Shown one piece after another: positions 25,501 through 37,500 of a stretch of DNA of 64,000 nt; the stretch's first letter is position 1; the number at the start of each line of letters is the position of its first letter. Source of the stretch: Fimbriosthenelais zetlandica. Taxonomy: Eukaryota. Both the position numbers and the translations under genes were made by a program. The notes under the pieces were generated by a model that was not told the origin of the DNA, did not search any database, and worked only from the letters and a program-made list of their open reading frames with translations. Location of the stretch: contig OZ365116.1 of the NCBI GenBank assembly GCA_977030845.1, positions 3,720,001-3,784,000 on the forward strand. Direction: 5' to 3'.

Positions 25501-28500
25501 ATCCCTTCCTTATCCTTCTACCCCTGACTCTCCCTCCATCCCTTCCTTATCCTTCTACCCCTGACTCTCCCTCCATCCCTTCCTTATCCTTCTACCCCTG
25601 ACTCTCGCTCCATCCCTTCCTTATCCTTCTACCCCTGACTCTCGCTCCATCCCTTCCTTATCCTTCTACCCCTGCCTCTCCCTCCATCCCTTCCTTATCC
25701 TTCTACCCCTGCCTCCTCCCACCTTTCCCCCTCCCCTCCCTTCATTACCCCTGCCTCTCTCTCACTTTTTCCTCTCTCTTCCTCTTCATTTCTCTCCCGC
25801 TCTCACTTTCTCTCTTACTTTCTTCCTCTCTCTCGCTTTCTCTCTGGTTCTCTTTTCTATTGCTTTTCTATGCATTGCTTTTGATAGCTATAGACAGCAT
25901 TCATTTAATCATTGATGTCAAGCTATGCTCACTGGTTGGTTCTATTTGGTATTTTATTGATGTCAAGCTTTGCTCACTGGTTGGTTTTATATGGTATTTT
26001 ATTGATGTCAAGCTTTGCTCACTGGTTGGTTTTATATGATATTATATTGATGTCAAGCTTTGCTCACTGGTTGGTTTTATATGGTATTTTATTGATGTCA
26101 AGCTTTGCTCACTGCTTGGTTTTATAGGGTATTTTATTGATGTCAAGCTAAGCTCACTGGTTGGTTTTATATGGTATTTTATTGATGTCAAGCTATGCTC
26201 ACTGGTTGGTTTTATATGGTATTTTATTGATGTCAAGCTTTGCTCACTGGTTGGTTTTATATGGTATTTTATTGATGTCAAGCTATTCTCACTGGTTGGT
26301 TTTATATGGTATTTTATTGAAGTCAAGCTTTGCTCACTGGTTGGTTTTATATGATATTTTATTGATGTCAAGCTATGCTCACTGGTTGGTTTTATATTTC
26401 CAGGTAACTTAGAGCAGCGTGTGAAGGAGATTGAGGAGGTGAGAGACTCCGTAACGAGAGAGAAGGAGGAGTTAATCAGTCAAATAGAGGCTCTCACACA
26501 AAACAAAGACCAACTCTCTACACTCGTCCGTAATCTCCAGGACCAACTTGATCAGGTACACCTATTAAGAAGTTTCACGGGTGCAAACCCTCCGGATTTT
26601 GGCCGGATTAGAATTTAGAATATTAGAATTTTTTGCCTCCTCTATGAATACTATGAATCCTAATAAGCTGGTAAAAATAAAATAATTTATTTTTCAGAAT
26701 AAGCTAGCCCATGATGAGGAACTGAAGAAGGAGATGGCTGGTGTGCGGGACGACCTAAACACGGCCCACGACACAGCTCGTCATCTACAGGAGGAACGAG
26801 ACAACGAGAAGAAATCACGCGTGGCTTTTGAGATGAGATTAGTGGAGTTTGAGGAGTACAAGAAACATGTGGAGATTGATATTGTGAGCTTTATTACTTA
26901 CTTCATGTCTTTATACTGAAAACATCTTAGCTATAGGTAGTTTGTAATGTACATAGTAGACTTTATTTAAAGTTATAAAATAGACAGTATTAAACCTGTA
27001 AATTATACAGTATTAAACCGGTAAAATAGACAGTATTAAACCTGTAAATTATACAGTATTAAACCGGTAAAATAGACAGTATTAAACCGGTAAAATAGAC
27101 AGTATTAAACCGGTAAAATAGACAGTATTAAACCGGTAAAATAGACAGTATTAAACCGGTAAAATAGACAGTATTTAAGCTTATAAAATACACAGTATTG
27201 AACTTATAAAATAGACAATATTTAAACTTATAAAATAGACAGTATTGAACTTATAAAATACACAGTATTGAACTTATAAAATACACAGTATTGAACTTAT
27301 AAAATAGACAATATTTAAACTTATAAAATAGACAAGTATTTAAGCTTATAAAATAGACAATATTTAAGCTTATAAAATAAGCAGTATTTAAGGGTATACA
27401 ATTTATATTTTCAGCAAACAATGACTGGTGAAATCAGTGAACTGAAGACAGCGGGGGAGAATCTGCGAGGTGAGGTGAGAGCGAGTGAGGAGAGGGAGAC
27501 TAACCTAGAGAATGACAAGGTGAAGTTAGAGCTGCGTATGGCAGAGCTGGAGGAGGCGCGGGATACCGCAGACCGGAGTAAAGCTGACCTAGAGACGGAG
27601 ATAGAGAGACTGAAAGACAAACTAGAGTACGAGAAGCAGCCCAACATCGCCTTCGAGAAGGAGAACGAACTATTACAGATGGAGGTAAGAGATAAATGTT
27701 AATTTTATTTATTACAAAGAACCGTAAAATCTCTAATTATATTTAGTTAATTCATTTTAATTTTAAATGATTTTCATTGGAAAATGTTGTCATGAAAACT
27801 TGCTGAGAGACTTTTGCTGACAGTTACAGGAACTTCGGGGTAATCTCTCAGAGCAACTAACCAAGCAAAGTACAGAGATAAATGACCTAAAACAATCACT
27901 AACTGGGCACGTGGAGGAACTCAATACAACCAAACTCAAGCTGAGCAACAAAGAGGAAGAAGTGGAAGCTTTCTGTACTAAATTTGCCACCAGGGAGACA
28001 ACCCTCGCTGAGCTCCAAGTAGATATTGAGCAGCGACAACACAAGCTAGATGAAATGGGTGAGCACAACCGTCAACTGAAAAACGACCTGCAAAGTATCC
28101 AGTCCCAACTGGTGAAGTCCAGCTCAACTATTGAAAACCTCAACTCTGTTCATAAAGCAGAAAAGGAGCAACTGAACCAACTCATCAAAAGCAAAGACGA
28201 AGCGCTTGAAGAATTGGAAAAGAAAGCTGAGAGGAAGGACGATGAGCTCCAGATTCTATCGTCAGAGTTAGAGAAAGCCAGTGGCTTGATCGAAGAGATG
28301 AGAAGAGAGAAGAATGACCTGAACGAGACCTGTTCTCAGCTAGAACTTGCCAAGTCACAACTCGTGAGGGAGCTTGAAATCAGCAGAGAGGGACAGAGCC
28401 AAGAGGGACAGAAAATGGAATCCAAGCTTCAGTCTGTCCTTGGCCAATTATCTGAAGTTGAAAATGAAGTTTCACGCCAACAGAGATTAGCTTCTGAGTA

Positions 28501-31500
28501 TGAATCCTCCAATACTGAGTTAGAGAAGAAGCTGAGAGAGAAGACTGACGAACTGGACAAGATTAAAAGCGAGCTTGAGGGGAAAGTGGTCAAAGTTGAG
28601 GAGCAGTTGAAAGAAAAGGAAAGCCAGTTTGCTTCTGTTCAAGAACAGTTACTTCAGTCTCTGAAACTGGTCCAAGAAAAGGAGTCTTCGTATCAAGACC
28701 AGCTGAAGACTGAGAAAGATCAGTACAATAAGATGATAGAAGACTATCATAAAAAAATACTGGGCCATGAAAAGGCTTCAGATGAACTCCAACGAGACGT
28801 AGCTGATCGTGAGTCCAAAATCAAATCTCTTAATGGAAATCTGGAGTATGTGAATAGTGAACTGGTTCAGAAAGATAAACTCCTTCATGACACCCGGGAA
28901 GAGATGGGTGGCTTGAAACAGCAGATGGACGTGCAGATATCCAAGATGGCTGAAAGTGAAAAACTCCAGGCTAAAGTGATTGAAGAACAGGGAATAAAGA
29001 TTACGTCCTTGATGGAGAATCTGGAAGAAATGAATGAACAATTAGGAAAAAATTCCACCCAAACGGAAGAGCTGGAGTCTGAACTGAGAAATGTTAATGA
29101 AGCTTTGACAGTGGCTCGGACTTCACTCGAAGAAATGGAGAAAACCCAGAAGACTTTGACTGAGGAGTTACAGCATTGTAAGCACGAGTTACAGACTTAC
29201 ATGCACCAAACAGCTGAGTTAACTTCCAAGTTAAACGAAGAAACAAAAACCAATTCAGAGCTCCAACAAAAACTCACTGATGCACTTTCTGCTTGTGGCC
29301 ATCTTGAAAATGAGCTCAAAATGAAATGTGAGGAGTGTGTGCAAATAAATGAGAAGGTTGTAGCTCTCTCCACAGACTTAGAAGGCCAACATCTTAGTTC
29401 TGAAGTAGCAACGCAAAAACTAACTGAGAAGGATAGTGTTTTGAAATCTATGAATGAGAATTTGCAGAGTGTAGTTGAGGAATCAGGTCAACTGAAGGAA
29501 AAGTTGAGAGAAAAGCAAGGGGAGCTAGAAAAGGTGGTGAAGGATGTAGACAATCTAAATCAAAGTCTGAAGAAAAAGGATGATGAATTGAAGGAAATTT
29601 CTGATAAATTGGATGAAACTTCTAAAGAAGTTGATGAATTACAAACTCAATTAGGAAATACAGATAGTAAGTCTAGCCAACAACAGGAACTTATTCAAAA
29701 ACTGAAGCAAAAGTTGAAACAAACAACTGTGACTTTGAAAAGTAAAGAAGAAGAAATAGAAACTCTAGAAGGGTCACAAAAGAATCTGACTGAACAAGCT
29801 GCTTCTCATGCTAAGAAAATCGAGGATCTTCAGCAAACCATTGAATCTAAGAATAGCCAACTTGTACTAGCTACAAAACAAGTAGAAGAACATTCCACTG
29901 ATGCGCTCAGCAAAGCAAGTCTAATCAAAGACCTTGAAGATAAACTGAGTCAATTAAATACTCAACAAGAGATTTCTCATCAAGAGTTACTGGACCTCCA
30001 ATCCTCTCATCAAACTAAGGACAGTGAATTAGAAAGGCTAAAGAAATCTCTTACTGAGAGTGGTGAAAATATTGCTGACCTCAACCAAAAGCTGGAACAA
30101 GCAGACACCTATGGTACACAGGTACGAGGAACGGCTGAACATTTAGAGAAGTTAATCCAAGATAATGACACCAGGTACAGGCAAGATGTCACAGTCCTGC
30201 AGACTAAAATACACGAATTGGAAGAGTCAGAAAAGATGTCCCTGGGTAAGCTAAAAGAGAAGAATCAACAAGTGTCTGACTTGACGAGTGACGTTGAGAC
30301 TAAAACAAGACAGCTCCAGTCACAACTAGAAGCCACACATCATAGTGGCGAGGAGCTCCAGCGAAGTCTGGCCCAGAAAGATGAACAGATCGGAATACTC
30401 ATGAAAACTGCTCAAGACTTCCAAAAGGAATCAGTTGAAAAGGAAAGGCAAGTTGAAGCACTGACTTTAGAGAAGGTTGGTTTGCTACAGAAAGAACAGG
30501 CTCAGAATGAAGCTGTGAGCAAGTTAGAAGATGCTCGGAGCAACCTACAGGAAGAGTGTAAACGGTTACAAGGTTATTTGTCAGGGGCCAAACAAGAACT
30601 GGAAGAGAAGAGCGGTCTGTTAGATGCCACAAAGTCCACATCTGAAGAACTAGCTCATCAACTGAGGGACCTCCATGACAAACGAGTCTCACTAGAGGAA
30701 CTTCTAAAACAAAGAGATGAAACATTGGAACAGCTAAATGCTAAAGTAGAGGAGAAGGATGGGGAGATCAAGAAAATGAAGGAATCATTCTCTGAGGCAA
30801 TGGCCAAGAAAAGTGAAGAGATGGAACAAAAAGCTCAGGAGCTTGGGCAAAGGTTGAAAAAGGTCGTTGAAAAGCAGCAAGCTCAGCAGGAATCAAAGGA
30901 TGCTGAGATTGAAGTTCTCACGAAGGCTGTTGGTGAAAAAGATGAGAAACTCTTTAAGATGACTGAACAGTTACAAGACCAGTCTGAACGCTTCCATGCT
31001 ACCATGGCAACCCTGGAAAACGTTCAGACAACAGGCCTGCAGGAAACTGAGAAAACCAAGTCCTTGGTTATGGAAAAAGAGATGGAGATTCAGAACTTAA
31101 AACAATCAGTCTCAGACACTCACTCGTCTTTGAAGGAGAAAACTAATGATCTTGAGAAGACGAGGGCTTTACTTAAAGATAGAGATGAACGGTTGTCCAC
31201 TATGTCACAGAGTCTCAGTCAGAGCCAAGAGGCTGCTCAAAACTTGAACTCTGAAAAGGAACAGTTAGAGAAAAGGTTTGTTGAAATCCAAGAGGTACAA
31301 GGCTTGCTGAAAAGCGAACTTGGAGAAAAGCAGAATCTCTGTCAACAACAAGAAAAGACTATAGAAGAAGAGAGGTCAGCTGTTAGCAAGCTTCAAACTC
31401 AGTGCCAGGAACTAGAGAAAAGCCTCGAGGAGGAATCAGAAGGAAAGGCTGATGAGATAGAACACCTACACTCAGAACTAAAATCGAAATCTAGGGAACT

Positions 31501-34500
31501 GCAGATGGTTGAGAAAAAATTATCCAGACTTGAAGATTCAGAAAGTAAGGAGAAAATGCGTGTTGAGGAGTTATCAGGCTTGATGTCAGAGAAAGATCAA
31601 CATATTTTGTCTCTTACTCATAAACTAGAAAATATGGACAAAGATCTGAAAGCTTCTATCACTGAGAAAGGCTCCAAGGAAAGTGAATACATGGACATTG
31701 TTCACAAGTATGAGACTGTTACACGTACCTTGGAAGAAAAGGATAAACAAATAGAAAATCTGAGTGAAACATTAGGACAACTGAATGAACAGATAACATC
31801 GTATTCAGTTCAGATTGAACAACTTCAAGCAAATGAGGACAATTATCTGAAACAAATAGAAGATATACAAGGAACTGTAACACAGAAATCTGAACAGATT
31901 GTGATGTTATCCTCTGAAATAGAATCTCATCTCTCAGAAATATCGAGAGTCCAAACTATGCTGACTGAAAAAGATGCCCATGTTTCACAACTTCAAAAAG
32001 TAGTTACTGATTTGCAATCCCAGAGTGACGAATCAAGTAAGATTGCCTCATGTCAAGCCATACTCCAGGACCAACTTACCTCACTCCAAACACAATATGA
32101 AAATGCAACAAAAGTTCTTCACGAAAGGGACCAAACCATAAGCGACCTCAACCTAACTATAGATGAAAAGCAGAAGAATCTACAGGACTATGAAAAAGAA
32201 CTAGACGAACTGAAAGAACAACTCCTTCAATCAAGAGAGACGATTGAAAGCAGTTCAGTACAAAGTGAGGCTGAGCTCTCAGTACTGAGAGAGAAAGTAC
32301 AAGAATCAAACACTCAAATAGAACAGTATGTCATCGAGATAGAATCATTGCAGCAGGATAAAGCCAACCAGAGATCTGAGAGTGACGTCCTGGGTAGAAC
32401 GATCCAAGAGAAGGACATGAAACTAGAATCTTTAAGTGAGAACCTTCAGGCTCTTGCTCTAAATCTAGAAGCCACCAACAATGATCTAGAGGCTTACCGT
32501 AATGCTCTGAGTGCTGCGGAAAACAAAACACAAGCCCAAAAAGAAGAGTTAGAAAAGGCATCCAAGACCGTGACAGAGTATGAGGAAAAGGTACAGGCGG
32601 CTACCAAAACAGTGGAGGAGAAAGAAACACAAACTAAAAAGTACCTGGTACTCATTAAAAAGTTAAAACAACAGATGACTGAGTTAAAGGAAAAAAGTAA
32701 AGCCTCAGCTGATCTAGAGACTTCATTTGGAGAGAAATCAAGTCACTTAGAAGAAAGTCTTAAACAAACACAGGAAGAAAAAGAGAAGCTACAAATCCAA
32801 CTTGATGAGTTATCAACAAGTAATTCAACTTTGAATAGTTCACTTCTGGAGAAAGAAAAGTCAAAAGAGGAAATGAATACTCAGATTCAACAGTATGCGG
32901 CTTATGGGGAAGACCTTCAGAACCAGCTCGACCTGGCGTCCCAAAAAATAGAATCATATGAGAAAGATGTTTCCCTGCACCAGTCCCAGCTTTATGAACT
33001 GAAGCAACAAGTGTCCACTTTCAGGGACAAGTGTGCGGCAGATGAAGCCAAAATCAAAGAACTAACATCCCAAGTGGAGAAAGCCCAAGACCTGCTTCAA
33101 GCCCAGTCTCAGAGTTATAAGAGGGAGCTTGAAAACCTGCAATTAGAATCAGAAAGCAAGGACTCTGCTCTGAAAGACACAGCGCTTCAGATTCAACAGG
33201 TTGTTCAAGAAAGGGAAGAGACCAGTCAAAGACTTCACATAAAGGAACAGGAGCTTGTCCTGTCACAACAAGAGGCGCACAGACTTAATACAGAAGTGAG
33301 ACAAAATGTTGACCATGTTCAACTCCTCCAATCAAGTGATTCTGAGAAGGAAACTGCTCTTTCCTCAGCCCTGAGTCACGTGAATCAACTCAAAATGAAT
33401 CTTGATAGAGAAAAATCCCGAGTCATTGAACTAGAAGAAGATAATGTGGCCTTCCAATCCAAAACTTCCGAGAAAGAGAATCTTCTTGCATCCCTCCAAG
33501 AAGTACAGTTACAAAACCAAGCTAAGATCTCTGAGAAGGACAATGTGATTCTATCTCTCCAACAAGAAATGATAGAGATTCAATCCAAGGCCTCTGAGAA
33601 GGAAAACATTGTGGTTTCGCTCCAGCAAGAACTCCTAGAAATCCAGAAAAGTATCTCAGACAAGGAAGCCTCAGAATTGCATTTGAAGGGTGAAGTGCAG
33701 GCACTTTTGCTCCGAGCTTCTGAAGCTGAAGCCACCGCCTCGATTCAAGTCCGTGAGGAGATGACAGCAATCAATGCCATGTTACAAGATAACATTGCTA
33801 CACTCGCTGCCAAGGAAACTGAGGCTTCCAGATGGCAACAAGAAGTGACCTCCCTTCAAGCTGCCTTAGAAGAACTCCAGACCACATTAAGTAGTATGGA
33901 ATCCAAACATGACGTTAAGGTGAAGGACTATGAGCAACAAATTGAAGATCTGAAGGCATCAGCTGCTCTCACTTCCGAGGAAAAACCTGATTTGTTAGCT
34001 AAAATAAAATCACTCCAGGAAGAAAATGTGTCTTTGCGAGAGGAGGTGGAGGCGAATTCTGATTGGGTCATGGAAGGGACTCAATATAGCAAGACAGCTG
34101 AGTTAGAAGAGAAATTATCAGGGCTTGAAAATGAGTCAACGCTTCTTCAAGACAAGTTACATTCCATCCAGGAGAGGAACAGTTTGTTAGAGGACGAGTT
34201 AAAGTCGAGTCATTCCAGATACGAAGCGTTGATGGAGGAGTATTCCATGATGAAGGAGAGTAAGGAATTTGAGGATCAGATGGATGACGATGCCGAGGCT
34301 CTGAGATGGCAGCTGGAGGCTGTGCAGGCAGAGAAGGACACACTACACGACCAAGTTACAAGTCTATCTGAAGAGAGAAACAAACTAAACACATCCTTAG
34401 CAGAAACGGAGGAATGTCTCCAGAAGGTACAGTCTGAAATAATGACAATGAGTAGTCGTTCAGATGACCAGGAAGTCGAACTGGACACCCTCGGTAACAA

Positions 34501-37500
34501 GGTCTCTGTCACTATAGAAGAGAAGGAATCTCTAACAGCCGAGTTAGAAAAGACCACAAATACCTTGATGACTTTAGAAGCTGCTTTCAACAAGCTTACT
34601 GCAGAGAAGGACAATTTACAGATCATGTTCCAAAAACTACAATCAGATTTCGAAATGGCTTCTGAAGAAAATAAGAAGTTGGTTCATTACAAGGAAGAAG
34701 TTACCCAGAAGTTTGAAGATGTGTCCCTGGAAAGGACAGAGATCGCAAGTCAGTTGGAAAGATTGATGACAGAAAAGGATAGAACATTGAGTGCGGCTTC
34801 GTCTCCCGTCAAAGAACACAAGTTTGAAATAAAACCAGTTGAAGCAGAACAATTACAGCGAGCTCCAGATGAGGCCTCCATGACCAGGGATCTCCAACAA
34901 AAACTAACAGAGGCTGAAACTGAGAAAGACGAGTTAACAAGCAAGATGGAGATCCTCGAAATCAAGAACGATAAGATGTTAACAAAGCTGAAACAGTTTA
35001 AAGACAGGAATGATAAACTTCAGGCTCAGGTAGAGACATTGACTGGACAGATACAGGCTTCCACATCCACCTTTGATGAGATGAGAACAGGTCTGGAGAA
35101 GGAAAAACTTCATCTTGAAGTTGCCCTTCAAGAGGCGCGAGGTCAGGTGGCGGCTCGTGGAGGTCATCTACAGAAACTCATGTCAGATTTAGAGGGTGAG
35201 AAAGCACGATATGCCACACTGGAGGCTGAGTTCCAAGGCACAACAGAGGAAATGCAACTCCAGGTAGACAAACTAATGCTTGAACTGGAGCACCTCAAAG
35301 ATGAGAATCAGTTAGCCAGGAATGAGGCGGAGACTACAGCCCGAGAGCAGGTCCACAAACTGAGGGAGCAGCTCGACAAAACGTCAAGTAACGAGGAGCA
35401 CTTGACGACCGAGATGAGGAAGTTACGTTCACAATACGATAACGATGTCAAGTCTCTGAAAGAGGAAAAACAGAGCCTCAATGAAAAACTATCAGAGATG
35501 GAAACATCAGAGAGGTTAAAGAGGGAGGCATTAGAACGGAAAAACACAGAGCTAGAGGAGCAGTACAAACAGCTGGAATCAGACATAGAACATTATCAAG
35601 ACTTAATGTGTAAACTTAAACAGCAGATGAAGGTGCAGGAAGACAAGGTGAAGAAGGTGGAGGGAGAGCTACAGGCTGTGGAGGAAGAGAAGGACGCCCT
35701 GGAGGAGCAGGTAGAGAGTATAGAGGAGTTACAGGATAAAGTGGTCGACACATCAGCGCTTAATGAAAGCCTGCAACATGAGATCTCTGAACTCAAGACA
35801 AACCTAGAGACAACCTCAAAGAAGAAGGTGGCTCTACAGGAGGAGATAGATGGACTGAGCTGGAAGGTGGAGGAGTACACTGAGCTAGACGAGGACCTCG
35901 CACAAACACGCGAGCGACTCTACCAGATACAGAGCGAAAACGGCGGCTACAAGCGCAAACTCCGTGAAGCGGACGCCAAACTACAGGAGCTTTCTACAGT
36001 GAAGGAAGATTATCAAACCTTGACTGATGAGTATAATAAACTACTACAAGACAATGGACTGAATGTGAAACAGGTGGAGGATATGTACAACCAGATCAGG
36101 ACGCTGAGAGATGTACAGAGTCTGTATGAAATCATGAAAGAAGAACAAGAATCGATGGATACTCAATCAAAATCAATGTCTGTACAAGCTCAACAACTCC
36201 AGCGAAATCTAGCGGAGGCCATTCAAGAGAAGGAATGGTGCAAGACTGAAATACACACAATGAAAGCGGAAAAAGAGAAAATGCTGAGTGACATGAAGAA
36301 GATGAAAGGAGAGAAGGAGAGGTTGGAAATAGAGAATAGAAGTCTGGAGGCTGAGCTGGAGCAAGAGGGGGAGAGAGTAGCTGCCGTGGACAAGGTGAGG
36401 ATGGAGAGAGTACAGATGAGTCATGCTGCCCCAACACCGAGTCAATCACAGAGTCATCTAGAGGGACAGCTGAACGAGGCTATACAAACCATCCATCAGA
36501 AGGAGATGAGACTGGAGGAACTGGCCATGCAGGTAACTCCATACTCTATGTGTCCCTATGTCTCAAGTTCTTTGTGGGAAATATTATTGTGAATTTAAAA
36601 TAATTGAATTTAAAATCACATACTAATGTTGAGTTTTTTGTTCATGGTTTTTCCTTTTATTTCTTCCCACTTATATAACATTGCTTTTCATGAAACCTAG
36701 GGCTAGGGTATATTATTTTTATGGATCTTTCTTCTTTTGAGTACTTACCTTGAAAATGATCATTACTTCTTTACCCTAATCAGGTGAGCCAAATAAGTGA
36801 GGAGAAAACACATCTCAGTTCCCAGCTCAGCTCTGCAAGCCGCAGCATGGCCGAGCGAAGTCGGCGAGTGAAGAAGATGGAAGAGAAACTGAGAGAGTAT
36901 GAGGATAGTGAACGCGGAGATGCTGGCCACAGGGCCGCCACAGAGGCCCGGAGAGCCCTCTCTCAACAAACAGTGGAAGTAGAGGTGCTACAGAGAGAAC
37001 GAGAACAGCTGTGTTCAGAACGAGATACAGCTCTGTCACGGGCTGAACATTGTCACCAACAGGCGGAGACGCTGAGGTCAAAGGTCAAACAGCTGGAGGA
37101 ACGAGTAGGTGTACAAGAGAGGGAGATAACCGAGCAACGGCAGGCTGCAACACAGCAACAACGACAGCAACGTCCACAGGTAAGCCAACTCTTTACCTAA
37201 TCTTAATATCGCCATGTGGGTGGCCAAATGTGACTAAGAAAAAAAAATATAACAAGTATAAATCTACTTATAATTGACATTATAAACTTCTTACAAATTT
37301 TATTATAGTATTTCCTCCTCGATCATTTTTTCTCAAGAAAAACATGATTTTTAGTGAAAAGACAGTGACATGTTGAGTTTATATACATCAGGGCTTGGTT
37401 TATGTTGCAGGCTGTCGAGTCGAGGGCCAGTCGACCAGTCTCCATATCGCCCGAGGTCGACCCGGCGCTTGAGTTACAGAACCTCGGCAAACGGTACAGA

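Noticed and set aside
25912-26412. Hydrophobic 15-aa repeat ORFs (MSSFAHWLVLYGILL) and the antisense ORF
   Set aside because: Products of the 45-bp intronic array; the giantin frame splices cleanly across it.
27790-36449. Numerous minus-strand ORFs over the giant exon (S/L/F-rich)
   Set aside because: Antisense shadows of a codon-biased coiled-coil ORF.
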